Below are positions 7,742 through 17,576 of a stretch of 64,000 nucleotides of DNA, piece after piece. Numbering within the stretch: position 1 is the first letter of the stretch; every line of letters starts with the position of its first letter. Source of the DNA: a bacterium (GTDB lineage Bacteria > Lernaellota > Lernaellaia > JACKCT01); NCBI GenBank assembly GCA_019912885.1, contig JAIOHV010000140.1, positions 23,706 through 87,705 on the forward strand, written 5' to 3'. The position numbers and the translations under genes were made by a program. The notes beneath the pieces were generated by a model. The model did no database searches. It saw nothing but the letters and a program-made list of their open reading frames with translations, and was not told the DNA's origin.

Positions 7742-10700
7742 CGACCGCGATCTCCCGCGAGCGAGCATGGTGGGTTTCGCTGAAGCATGGCGGCCTTCTC
7801 ATCGCACCGTCAAAGCTGGCTGAGTTCTTCCCCGAGGATATCGATCCGCTTCCGAAATACGTCATCGAGCGCCTGCGCCGGGATGTTACGAGACTTCAGA
7901 GCGGCGAGGATAAATACCTTCCGACGCTCTTCGACACGCTCGTTGAACACGTCCTCGGCTATCCGAAAAACCAGTGGACTAAAGGCAGCGTCGTCGATAC
8001 CAAGTGGTCGCGCCGAGCGATTACCGGTGAGATCGTCAAACCTCGCTACCTGTGGCAGGACGCTTCAGGAGAAATCCTGCCCGTATTCGTTGCCGACGCC
8101 GCGTTGGGTGCTGGGCACGATCACGAGACGGTGAGTCGCCTGGGTATCGGTCGCGGTCGCCGCTCGGTATCGCGTGTCATCGAGTGGCTTCGCCATACGG
8201 GCGAGAAGATCGCCCTGCTGACGAACGCTCGCCAATGGCGATTGATCCATGCGGGCGCGGACTACGACGCTTGGTGCGAGTGGGACATCGACTTGTGGTT
8301 TGAAGAGGGTGCGCCGGGTTCCCAGGTGACGGCGCTGCGTCAACTCCTCGGCGTGGACGCGCTTAAGAAGCGCTCGGCTGACGAACCATCACGCCTACTC
8401 GCGGCGATCCAGGCTTCCCGCAAAGGCCAAGCGGAACTGAGCAGCGCACTTGGCGAGCGGGTGCGCCAGGCGGTCGAACATCTCGTTCACGCATCGAGCG
8501 AAGCCCTCAACGTGTTTGAAGGCAATGCTCCGACCCCTGAAACGCGACGCGCCATTTACATTGCCGCCACGCGGCTCATCATGCGTTGCGTTGTCGTGCT
8601 TTTCGCCGAAGCCAGGGAATTGCTGCCTCGCAACAATCCTATCTACAACGACTCCTACGGATTACAGGGCCTGCGCGAACAACTGGATCGGCTTGCCGGT
8701 GGACGCGGCCCAGAACGGCTTCGACATTCCTGGGGCGCGTGGCCGAGGATCATCTCACTGTTTCGGCTGATCTTTTCCGGTTCCGGCCACGAGGCGCTGC
8801 CGATCCAGCGTTACGGCGGCGGTCTTTTTACACCGGGCGATCCGAATGCTGACGATTCGACATCAAGGGCCCTGGCCGCATTGGAGAACCAGAAGGACTG
8901 TCCCAGCGACGCCGACGCGCATCGGATTTTGGAACTGCTGTGCCACAGCAAGGTGAAGGTTCGCCAAGGGCGCGGCAGCACTTGGGTACCCGTTCCGGTG
9001 GACTTTTCCGATCTGTCCTCCGAATACATCGGCATACTCTATGAAGGCTTGCTCGACTTCGAGTTGCGTCGCGCCGAGACCGATGCGCCTATCGTGTTCT
9101 TGAACATCGGCGACCAACCGGCACTGCCCTTCTCGCGTTTGGAGGCAATGGATGACAGCGGACTTTCTTCGCTCCTGTCCAAGCTGAAGGTCTCCACGAA
9201 GAAGATGGCTTCCGAGGAAGAGTCCGAGGAAGGCGGTGACGAGGGTGAGGACGAGGGCGAAGAGGAGGAGATCGAAGCCGAGAGCGCAGACGACGACGAA
9301 CCTGTCGAGGAACTCGATGTCGACCAAGCGATCCGCGATGCGGTGTTTGGTTGGGCCGAGCGCGCCGTCAAGGCTGCGAAGATCGTCAAGGCGCCCAAGG
9401 GTAAAAAAGAAGGCCGCGCTAAGGCGGAATACGAGGAGCACGTTGGGAAGGCCGCAAGAGGGCTTGTTGGGCGAATCATTCCACCCGGCGACTGGTATCT
9501 GGTTCGTTGGGGCGGAACTCGCAAGGGCGCGGGCACGTTCTACACGCGGCCGCAACTGGCGGTTCCGACGACGCGCCGGACCCTGCAACCGCTGGCCTTT
9601 GATGTAGGCTCGGACGGTCAGGCCGTTCCCAAGAAACCCGAGGATATCCTGGCGCTCAAGGTCTGCGATCCGGCGATGGGCAGCGGTTCCTTCCTGGTCG
9701 CTGCCTTACGCTTCATCACCGACGCACTGCTGGTGAGCCTCCATCACCACGGGCGACTCGAAGAAACTGTGGGGCGAACAATCTGCCGTCTGGCCGACGG
9801 TGTACCGCTCGACCACCCTTCACAGGAATCGTTGCCCGTACCGAAAGACCATCCAGAATTCGAGGACCGTCTGCGCGCCCGACTCAAGCGCCACGTCGTC
9901 GAACGATGCATCTACGGCGTCGACCTCGACCCTCTGGCGGTCGAACTGGCGCGCATGGCGCTCTGGATCGAGACGATGGATCAGCGGCTGCCGTTCAGCT
10001 TCCTCGATCACAAGATCAAATGCGGCAACAGTCTGGTGGGATGCTGGTTCGACCGCTTCCAGGAATACCCGGCGATGGCCTGGGAGCGACAGGGTGACGA
10101 ATGGACCGATGCCATCAAGCAATTCAAAAACACGAAGGTCAAACCGGCCTTGGCCGCTTGGATCAAGGCGCGTCGGGAAGACGTTCTGCCCTTCATGAAA
10201 AAAGGCTTCACGCTCGACGATCTGCATCGAGACGCGGTGCGCGTGTTTGAGGAATTGCATGCGCTGCCGGTGCAAGAGACCGAGCGGCGCGAGACGATCT
10301 ATCGAGAGCATATCCTGGCGAACGAGGAGTTTTCACGTCTAAAGTCGGCGTTCGACACGTGGTCCGCCGTCTGGTTCTGGCCGGGGGACCAACTGAACCT
10401 CGCTCCGATGCCAAGGGATTTTGTTGCTCCTTCCAAATCCACAATGGACATGGTGCGAAGCCTGACTGCTCACCATCGGTTCTTCCATTGGGAGTTGGAG
10501 TTTCCGGATGTATTTTCGGGACCGAAATCCGGATTCCATGCGCTGATCGGCAACCCGCCGTGGGAAATCCAGAAGCCGAACTCGAAAGAGTTTTTCTCGA
10601 ACATCGACCCTTTGTACCGAGCCTACGGCAAGCAAGAAGCTCTCGCCAAGCAGCGTGAATTCTTTGCCAGCAATTCCGACCTCGCGCGGAATTGGCTGAT

Positions 10701-12747
10701 CTACAGTGCCCAACTAAAGGCACTTTCAAACTGGACGAAGCACTCCGCGTTCCCATTCGGCGACGTAAAGGAGGGCGGTGATAAACTCTCGTTCTCCAGG
10801 TCGACAACTGACAATGTCAGCCTGCACGATAGCTGGCGCAAGCAACGCCAGGGAAGGAAAGGCTATTCGGACCCGGAACACCCCTACCGGCACCAGGGAT
10901 CGGCAGACATCAATACGTACAAGATGTTCCTTGAAATCGCGCACGCTCTCGCGGCAAGCGGCGGGCAGTTCGGATTCCTCGTACCATCAGGCGTCTACAC
11001 CGACAAAGGCAGCACAAGCCTTCGGCAATTGTTCCTGACCAAGTGCGAGTGGCTGTGGCTGTTTGGTTTTGAAAACCGTGAAGGGATCTTCGACATCCAC
11101 AGGTCGTTCAAGTTCTGCCCGGTAATCGTGAAGAAGGGCGGCTCGACCAAGGCAATCCGCGCCACGTTCATGCATCGCTCTCTGGAGGACTGGGAGGACG
11201 CGGAGCGGCACGTGCTCGCCTATCCGCGTGAACGCGTTGAGCAGTTCAGCCCGAAATCCAAAGCGATTCTTGAAATCCGGACTGAGCGCGATTTGGAAAT
11301 TCTGGAGAAGCTCTACGCCAAGGGAGTGTTGCTCGGCGACGATAGTCCGGATGGGTGGGGAATCAAATACGCCACTGAGTTCCACATGACCAACGACTCA
11401 AAGCTCTTCCCGCCGACGCCCAAGTGGGAGGAGCAAGGGTATCGACCCGACGAATACGGTCACTGGCTCATGGGCAAGTGGAAGCCCTACGACGGTCCGA
11501 GATCGATCTTGAATAGGAAGAAAGGGTTGGTCCTCTCGTGTGATGGAACTCAGACCATTTATGTGGACGAGATCGAGGACGTCGCGTTACCGCTGTACCA
11601 GGGTGTAATGATCGGGCAGTTCGATTTTGCGGCCGCAAGATATCTAAGCGGTGCCGGAAATAGGGCACATTGGGAGCCCCTTAGCTGGGAGGAGAAACGC
11701 CTGGCCCCCCAGTTCCTCATGGCCGCTGAGACGATCTTCGAGAAGAACGGCGGCGGGTTACGTGGATGCAAGCTCGGCTTCCGAGATATCTCGAATGCGA
11801 CCAACGAACGCACATTTATCACTTCTGTCGTGCCGGATGTTCCATGCGGGAACACGCTTGGGATACTACGCACCGACCGCGAGCGACCACTCGGGCTCGC
11901 GGTGGCGCTCACGAGTCTAGCTTGTGACTGGGCGACCCGACTGCGCATGGGCGGCATGCACCTCAACCTCTTCGTGATTGAAGACGTACCTGTCTTGCGT
12001 CCCGGCTGGTCGGACCAACATCGCCGCCTGCCGGTTCTCGGCGCAAGTTTGGCCTTCGGCCATCTCATTTTCGCCCACGAGTGGTTGACCCTGTCGATGG
12101 CCGAACGATGCCACCCGTGGAAGGCGCTCTGGGCCGTCACGCTCCATGAACGCCTCCGATTTCGAAGCATCGTTGACGCAGTTGTTGCTGACCTTTATGG
12201 CCTCACCTCTTGGGACTTGGCTTGGATCATCCGCGATTGCGACAACCCGGCGGCAGTGATGCATTCGGACGACTTCACACGTGCTCTCGATCCCAAGGGC
12301 TTTTGGAGAGTCGACAAAGAGTGTGACCCGGAACTGCGACATCCCGTTTTAGCGTATGTCGCCTTCTGCGACCTGAAAGAAAAAGGGCTGGATGCATTCC
12401 TCTCGCAGAACGATGGCGAGGGTTGGATGATTCCAGAGAAGTTGCGGCTCGCAGACTATGGACTTGGCCACGACGACCGCGCCAAGGAATACCAACCCGT
12501 GGCGTCTCGGCTAGGTGACCGGTTTTTGCCCTGGCAGCTTGAGCAATCTGTCGAAGAATCGTGGGAGGAATGCGAGCGGCACGCCGAGCTAATCGAGAGG
12601 ATCGTGCCGCGACCAAAGCCCTCTCAAACGGCAGTGCCAACGGCAGGTTCGAGAAGTGACGCACCCAAGGACCTGTTTGGAAATCCGGAACCGACTGACC
12701 TATTTGGAAAAGTCGTTGAACCGACGCGGAAATCCCGGAGGAAATGA
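7738..12747 (+). CDS. Very large N6-adenine(/N4-cytosine)-class DNA methyltransferase (DISARM DrmMI-like / type IIG-like)
   Basis: 1669 aa. SAM-binding VCDPAMGSGSFLVAAL, catalytic LIGNPPWE, long N- and C-terminal extensions and an acidic insert at 9211-9318. Translationally coupled on both sides. Confidence 0.85.
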   Translation: MTTAISRERAWWVSLKHGGLLIAPSKLAEFFPEDIDPLPKYVIERLRRDVTRLQSGEDKYLPTLFDTLVEHVLGYPKNQWTKGSVVDTKWSRRAITGEIVKPRYLWQDASGEILPVFVADAALGAGHDHETVSRLGIGRGRRSVSRVIEWLRHTGEKIALLTNARQWRLIHAGADYDAWCEWDIDLWFEEGAPGSQVTALRQLLGVDALKKRSADEPSRLLAAIQASRKGQAELSSALGERVRQAVEHLVHASSEALNVFEGNAPTPETRRAIYIAATRLIMRCVVVLFAEARELLPRNNPIYNDSYGLQGLREQLDRLAGGRGPERLRHSWGAWPRIISLFRLIFSGSGHEALPIQRYGGGLFTPGDPNADDSTSRALAALENQKDCPSDADAHRILELLCHSKVKVRQGRGSTWVPVPVDFSDLSSEYIGILYEGLLDFELRRAETDAPIVFLNIGDQPALPFSRLEAMDDSGLSSLLSKLKVSTKKMASEEESEEGGDEGEDEGEEEEIEAESADDDEPVEELDVDQAIRDAVFGWAERAVKAAKIVKAPKGKKEGRAKAEYEEHVGKAARGLVGRIIPPGDWYLVRWGGTRKGAGTFYTRPQLAVPTTRRTLQPLAFDVGSDGQAVPKKPEDILALKVCDPAMGSGSFLVAALRFITDALLVSLHHHGRLEETVGRTICRLADGVPLDHPSQESLPVPKDHPEFEDRLRARLKRHVVERCIYGVDLDPLAVELARMALWIETMDQRLPFSFLDHKIKCGNSLVGCWFDRFQEYPAMAWERQGDEWTDAIKQFKNTKVKPALAAWIKARREDVLPFMKKGFTLDDLHRDAVRVFEELHALPVQETERRETIYREHILANEEFSRLKSAFDTWSAVWFWPGDQLNLAPMPRDFVAPSKSTMDMVRSLTAHHRFFHWELEFPDVFSGPKSGFHALIGNPPWEIQKPNSKEFFSNIDPLYRAYGKQEALAKQREFFASNSDLARNWLIYSAQLKALSNWTKHSAFPFGDVKEGGDKLSFSRSTTDNVSLHDSWRKQRQGRKGYSDPEHPYRHQGSADINTYKMFLEIAHALAASGGQFGFLVPSGVYTDKGSTSLRQLFLTKCEWLWLFGFENREGIFDIHRSFKFCPVIVKKGGSTKAIRATFMHRSLEDWEDAERHVLAYPRERVEQFSPKSKAILEIRTERDLEILEKLYAKGVLLGDDSPDGWGIKYATEFHMTNDSKLFPPTPKWEEQGYRPDEYGHWLMGKWKPYDGPRSILNRKKGLVLSCDGTQTIYVDEIEDVALPLYQGVMIGQFDFAAARYLSGAGNRAHWEPLSWEEKRLAPQFLMAAETIFEKNGGGLRGCKLGFRDISNATNERTFITSVVPDVPCGNTLGILRTDRERPLGLAVALTSLACDWATRLRMGGMHLNLFVIEDVPVLRPGWSDQHRRLPVLGASLAFGHLIFAHEWLTLSMAERCHPWKALWAVTLHERLRFRSIVDAVVADLYGLTSWDLAWIIRDCDNPAAVMHSDDFTRALDPKGFWRVDKECDPELRHPVLAYVAFCDLKEKGLDAFLSQNDGEGWMIPEKLRLADYGLGHDDRAKEYQPVASRLGDRFLPWQLEQSVEESWEECERHAELIERIVPRPKPSQTAVPTAGSRSDAPKDLFGNPEPTDLFGKVVEPTRKSRRK

Positions 12748-15700
12748 GCGTGCTGAATCCGATTACATACACGGAAAAAGTGGTCAGCGATTTTCTGAAA
12801 TATCAATTCACGACCTACCAGCTTGCCGACCGCGATCTGAATGCCCAAATGCGGCGCCTTCTGAGCTTGGAAGAAACCCGCGCGACGCCACTGATGAAAG
12901 GTCCATACATCAGCCTGAGCCGGTCGTTTCGCAAAGGCGCAAAGGTCGCGGCCTTGATCGCAGAAGGGCTGCTGCATCCTCACATGGCCAGTCTTGTTCC
13001 ATTCCAGAACGTCTATGGGCACCAGGAAACGGCTATCCGAGAGATCGCCAAACGACAGTCAACATTGATCTCGACGGGAACCGGGTCTGGGAAAACCGAG
13101 TGCTTTTTGTACCCCATTATCAGTCGGTGCCTGAAGCTACGGGATGAAAACGCGGCCGAGGGAATTCTTGCGGTCATTGTCTATCCGATGAACGCACTGG
13201 CTGAAGACCAGTTGGGGCGTCTGCGAGACCTGCTGACAGGCACTGGCATCTCATTTGGAATGTACGTTGGCAAGACGCCCGAACACAAAGCGGATGTGGC
13301 GGGGGCCAGACTTCCGGCAGGTTCGTCACGCGCCGATTATCAGGCGAAACTTAAGCAGCTTCGGGAGCAAAAGGACTCGCGGGCTGTTCATCCGTCCGAG
13401 GAGAGCACATCGCGTGAGGAAATGCGCATGCCGGGCAAGCAGCCTCGCATTCTGCTGACGAACGTGAAGCAGCTTGAATTGCTCCTCACGCGGCATCAGG
13501 ACGTGGAGCTATTCGACAACGCTCGCCTCGAATTCTTGGTGTTCGACGAGGCGCACACATTCGCTGGAGCGGCAGGCGCGGAAACCGCTTGCTTGATCCG
13601 CCGCCTCCGCGCTTTCTGCGGCAAGGGACCGAAAGACACGGTGTGCGTCGCCACTTCAGCAACCATCGCCGATCCTGTTCGAGGACCGGATGCCGGACGC
13701 GCATTTGCTTCGCGGTTTTTCGGCGTTGAACCCGACAACGTCTCGCTGATCGGCGAGGAGTACGAGGAAGATACCTGGGCTAAAACCCGCACGCCAAGCG
13801 CGCCATTACCCGGCGATCCGGTTGTTCAGTTGCAGACAGTCTTGGACGCGATCTTCGAACTGGAAAAGACCCCGCCGTCCAAGGACGCCGTGAAGATGCT
13901 GCGTGGAGTTTTCCAGGCGATGACCGGTGCCGCACTCGATCCAACGAAATGGCACCAGAGCCTTTACGACAGGCTCGCCGCGAACGAGATCGTGTTCCAG
14001 ATCGCCGAAGCCCTCAAGGAACCTCGTGCGTTGTTGAAACTCGTCGAGGATCTGACAGCGCGACTCGGGCGTCCCGTTCCGGTCGAGGAGATTCTCACCT
14101 GGTTGGCGCTCGGTGCCGCGTCGCGCAGCGAGGATGAACGGCCGCTATTGCGGCCCGTGGTTCACTGTTTTGTCCGTGGCGTCAGTGGGGCGGTTGTGAC
14201 GTTCCCGCCCGATGAACAGCTGCCGCGCCTCTGGTTGTCCGCTGAAGACGCCGCCGAAAAGGAAGGGAGCCTGTTCCGCCTTCAAGCGACGACCTGCACC
14301 ACTTGCGGCCAACACTACTTCGTCCATTTCGTCAAGGATTTCGATCTGAGCGGGAAGACCCCTGGAGGTGGTGAGGCGAAGGAAGATCGATTCTACTGGC
14401 CGCCTCTCGATCAAGCCCTCAACGGCAGTCGAGTGGTCTTGCTGGATCGATTGGCCCTTGGTGAAGATGACGACGAGGACAACGATATCCCACGTAAAAG
14501 CACACCGCTTTTCTTCTGCCGATATTGCGGCACGCTTCACCCAAAGAAAATTGATCGGTGCGACGGCTGCGGCCGCGAAGGCGATTTGGTCGGCCTATTC
14601 GCTGTCTGGCAGGACAAGGACAATCCAGGATATCTCTCCAGGTGTGTCGCCTGCGGCTCACTGGGGCGACGGTATCTGGGGACCTACCGTGAACCGGCCC
14701 GCCCGATCCGTGCGTTGACCGTATCCGATGTCCACGTCTTGGCCCAGAGCATGATCCAGCACGCCGTGCGCAAGCGCCTTCTGGTATTTGCCGACAACCG
14801 ACAGGACGCCGCGTTCCAGGCCGGGTGGATGCAGGATCACGCCCGTCGGTTCCGTCTGCGTTCGCTGATGTACCAACAAATTGAGAAGGGACCGATTTCC
14901 ATCGGGGATCTGACAGCGCATCTTGATCGGCTCCTTGATCTGGACGACGACCTCTCGGCGGCGCTGATTCCCGAAGTCTGGCGCGTGGCGCGGAAGGAAG
15001 CCACGGGCCTTGAACACGCCCGCGAGCGAAAACGGTTTCTGCGTATCCAGATCTTGCGAGAAATCACCACAGGAGCGCGCCAACGCATCGGTCTTGAGCC
15101 GTGGGGCCGCATCCGCGTGGAATACGTGGGGTTGGACGCTAACCTTGACTTCTTTCAAAGGTGGGCACCGGAAACTGGATGCACACCAGAGGAGCTTCTG
15201 GCGGGTGTCGCTGCGCTTCTCGACGTCGCGCGGCGCAATCGCGCACTTCTCGACCGCGAGGACCAGGTCTTCAGTAAGATTTGGTTTGAAGGCGACCGCG
15301 AAGTGCAATACGGCTATCTGCCGATTCTGAAAGGCGGTCCCAAGGGACTGAAGCTCCGATACGAAGCGAATGACGAACGTAGCCGAATCATCCAGTGGTT
15401 GGGTCAGCGAGCGGGTACGGCGGCACGTCAGGCCGCCAAGAACTGGGGCGTCCCCGACGATAAGATCAAGGAATTCTTTGAAGAACTCTGGCGCTTGCTC
15501 ACCGACAAGCTTCGCCTGTTGGCGAGCGTGACGCTCGTCGGCCGCCGAAACAATGCGCTGCCCGGATGCGCGGACGTCAAGCAAATAGATGCTGACCGGT
15601 TACTGATCCACGCGAACAAGGGCGTCTATCGGTGCGATGTCTGTCGTAGGCCAAACGTCCGAAAGACACCGCATTCGGCCTGCATGGTGTTTCGATGCAG

Positions 15701-17576
15701 CGGCACCTTGAAGTTCGAGGACGAGGACTCGGACAATTACGACCTGATGGTGTTGGATCAGCAGTTCAGCATGATTCGCCCGCGCGAGCATTCGGCACAG
15801 ATCCCTGCATCGGATCGAGAACTCATCGAGCGGATGTTCAAGGGGGATGGCGAGCGGCTCAACACCCTAGTCTGCACGCCCACATTGGAACTCGGGGTCG
15901 ACATCGGTGCCCTGGATTCGGTATTGATGCGGAATGTCCCGCCTCTCCCCGCCAATTACTGGCAGCGTGCCGGTCGCGCCGGTCGGCGGCACCGCATGGC
16001 CGTGAACATGACCTACGCCCGCCCCGCAAGTCACGACCGGGCTTATTTCGTCGATCCGATGAAGATGCTCAACGGCCGCATTCTGCCGCCAAGCTTCAAC
16101 CTAAAAAACGGCGTGATGATTCAGAAGCACGTCCACGCCTCGGTCCTCACTGTTCTCCACGGCCTGGCCAAATCGGGGCGCGCCTTGCCGGAACCCGACC
16201 GGACTGAACTCGCGGCCGCACTGGATCATTGCTTTCCCGCGCAGATCAAAGCCTACCTTTTCGATGATAGTGGAAATGTTCGATCTGAGCCGTTCGATTT
16301 AACCCTGTTCGCCCAGGCGCTAGTAAAGCATAGGGCGCACGTCCTGGATCATGTTCGCACGGTGTTCGCGCAGGGCTGGCCGGTCGCGGATTCCAACGTC
16401 GTCGAGGCATCGGTACTGGAGGGATATGTCGACGGCATGGGCGAGGCGCTAAAAAACGTGCTCGTCCGACTGAGCAAACGGCTCCATTGGGCGTTGGAAC
16501 AATTGAGTCGTTTGGATTCGGTACGACACAGAAAAGGAACGCTCGATCCCGAAGAGGATGCGCTCCGCAATCGCTGTGACCGCCTCGTCAAGAAGCTCAA
16601 AGGGATAAGTCGCAAGAAGCGGCGCGAGGCCGAGGGCTACGACGACACCTACACCTACTCTGTATTGGCGGCCGAGGGGTTCTTGCCGGGGTATGGCCTC
16701 GATACAGGCTCGGTTGTCGGATTCTATCTGGCCCCGCCGTTCGCTTCGGACATTCGGAACTGGGAACTGCGGCGAAGCCAATCGCTTGCCCTACACGAGT
16801 ACATTCCGGGAAATCTGATATACGCGAACGGCCATCGCTTCCTGCCAAGGTTTTTCCACCTCGAGCCCGTAGAGCCGTTACTCTTTCAGGTCAGTAGCGC
16901 ACAGGAAGCTATCCGAGAGGTCGGCACGGCAACGGATGGTGCAACATCGACGTTGGCGACCGCCGCGTTGAAGGCGGTGCCGATCTGCGATGTCGATCTT
17001 CCGCACAACTCCCACATCACGGACGAAGAGGACTACCGATTCCAACTCGGTGTCGCGGTCTATGGATACGAGCAGGCACGACACGAGGGTGGAAAATCGT
17101 TCACTTGGGGGCCGAAGGCCGTTACTTATCGCTCGGGCGTTTTCTTGCGATTAGTCAACGTCGGCGTGGCGAACCAAGTTCGCTCGGGCAATGGTCTGGG
17201 CTATCCGGTCTGCCGAATCTGCGGCCAGAGCCGTTCGCCGCTGGCCTCCCACGCCGATCTCGACCAGTTTGCGAAAGACCATCAGGAGCGGTGCGGCGCT
17301 CCCGTGGAAAGCATCGGTTTCTATGCCGACATCGTGGCGGATGCGATCTGTCTGCAAGATTGCGCCGACCGCGAAGAAGCCTTCAGCGTCATGGAAGCAC
17401 TGCGCAAAGGTGCGGCCCACGTGTGGAAATGGAGATCGGCGATTTGCAGTTGCTCGCCATCGGGCGACCGGGTGACGAAAAACTCGACATTCTCCTTTAC
17501 GACCCAATGCCGGGTGGGTCGGGACTTCTCGAACAGATGTTGGGGCGGTGGAACGAGGTCATCGATGCGGCGTTGA
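12744..17576 (+). CDS. DEAD/DEAH helicase fused to DUF1998 (DrmA+DrmB-like / DruE-like), upstream part of a frameshifted gene
   Basis: STGTGSGKTECF (I), LVFDEAHTF (II), SATI (III), TPTLELGVDIG and YWQRAGRAGRR (V/VI). Zn-ribbon-like CxxC pairs lie in the inter-lobe insert. DUF1998-type elements are GFLPGYGLD and YPVCRICGQ. The last ~50 codons (after 17424) read as nonsense. Confidence 0.85.
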   Translation: MSVLNPITYTEKVVSDFLKYQFTTYQLADRDLNAQMRRLLSLEETRATPLMKGPYISLSRSFRKGAKVAALIAEGLLHPHMASLVPFQNVYGHQETAIREIAKRQSTLISTGTGSGKTECFLYPIISRCLKLRDENAAEGILAVIVYPMNALAEDQLGRLRDLLTGTGISFGMYVGKTPEHKADVAGARLPAGSSRADYQAKLKQLREQKDSRAVHPSEESTSREEMRMPGKQPRILLTNVKQLELLLTRHQDVELFDNARLEFLVFDEAHTFAGAAGAETACLIRRLRAFCGKGPKDTVCVATSATIADPVRGPDAGRAFASRFFGVEPDNVSLIGEEYEEDTWAKTRTPSAPLPGDPVVQLQTVLDAIFELEKTPPSKDAVKMLRGVFQAMTGAALDPTKWHQSLYDRLAANEIVFQIAEALKEPRALLKLVEDLTARLGRPVPVEEILTWLALGAASRSEDERPLLRPVVHCFVRGVSGAVVTFPPDEQLPRLWLSAEDAAEKEGSLFRLQATTCTTCGQHYFVHFVKDFDLSGKTPGGGEAKEDRFYWPPLDQALNGSRVVLLDRLALGEDDDEDNDIPRKSTPLFFCRYCGTLHPKKIDRCDGCGREGDLVGLFAVWQDKDNPGYLSRCVACGSLGRRYLGTYREPARPIRALTVSDVHVLAQSMIQHAVRKRLLVFADNRQDAAFQAGWMQDHARRFRLRSLMYQQIEKGPISIGDLTAHLDRLLDLDDDLSAALIPEVWRVARKEATGLEHARERKRFLRIQILREITTGARQRIGLEPWGRIRVEYVGLDANLDFFQRWAPETGCTPEELLAGVAALLDVARRNRALLDREDQVFSKIWFEGDREVQYGYLPILKGGPKGLKLRYEANDERSRIIQWLGQRAGTAARQAAKNWGVPDDKIKEFFEELWRLLTDKLRLLASVTLVGRRNNALPGCADVKQIDADRLLIHANKGVYRCDVCRRPNVRKTPHSACMVFRCSGTLKFEDEDSDNYDLMVLDQQFSMIRPREHSAQIPASDRELIERMFKGDGERLNTLVCTPTLELGVDIGALDSVLMRNVPPLPANYWQRAGRAGRRHRMAVNMTYARPASHDRAYFVDPMKMLNGRILPPSFNLKNGVMIQKHVHASVLTVLHGLAKSGRALPEPDRTELAAALDHCFPAQIKAYLFDDSGNVRSEPFDLTLFAQALVKHRAHVLDHVRTVFAQGWPVADSNVVEASVLEGYVDGMGEALKNVLVRLSKRLHWALEQLSRLDSVRHRKGTLDPEEDALRNRCDRLVKKLKGISRKKRREAEGYDDTYTYSVLAAEGFLPGYGLDTGSVVGFYLAPPFASDIRNWELRRSQSLALHEYIPGNLIYANGHRFLPRFFHLEPVEPLLFQVSSAQEAIREVGTATDGATSTLATAALKAVPICDVDLPHNSHITDEEDYRFQLGVAVYGYEQARHEGGKSFTWGPKAVTYRSGVFLRLVNVGVANQVRSGNGLGYPVCRICGQSRSPLASHADLDQFAKDHQERCGAPVESIGFYADIVADAICLQDCADREEAFSVMEALRKGAAHVWKWRSAICSCSPSGDRVTKNSTFSFTTQCRVGRDFSNRCWGGGTRSSMRR

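Noticed and set aside
17421-17426. Programmed ribosomal frameshift joining the two helicase ORFs
   Set aside because: There is no slippery X-XXY-YYZ heptamer at the junction (c-cac-gtg-tgg) and I see no obvious stimulatory structure. A mutation or an assembly indel in a short GT run is the simpler explanation.
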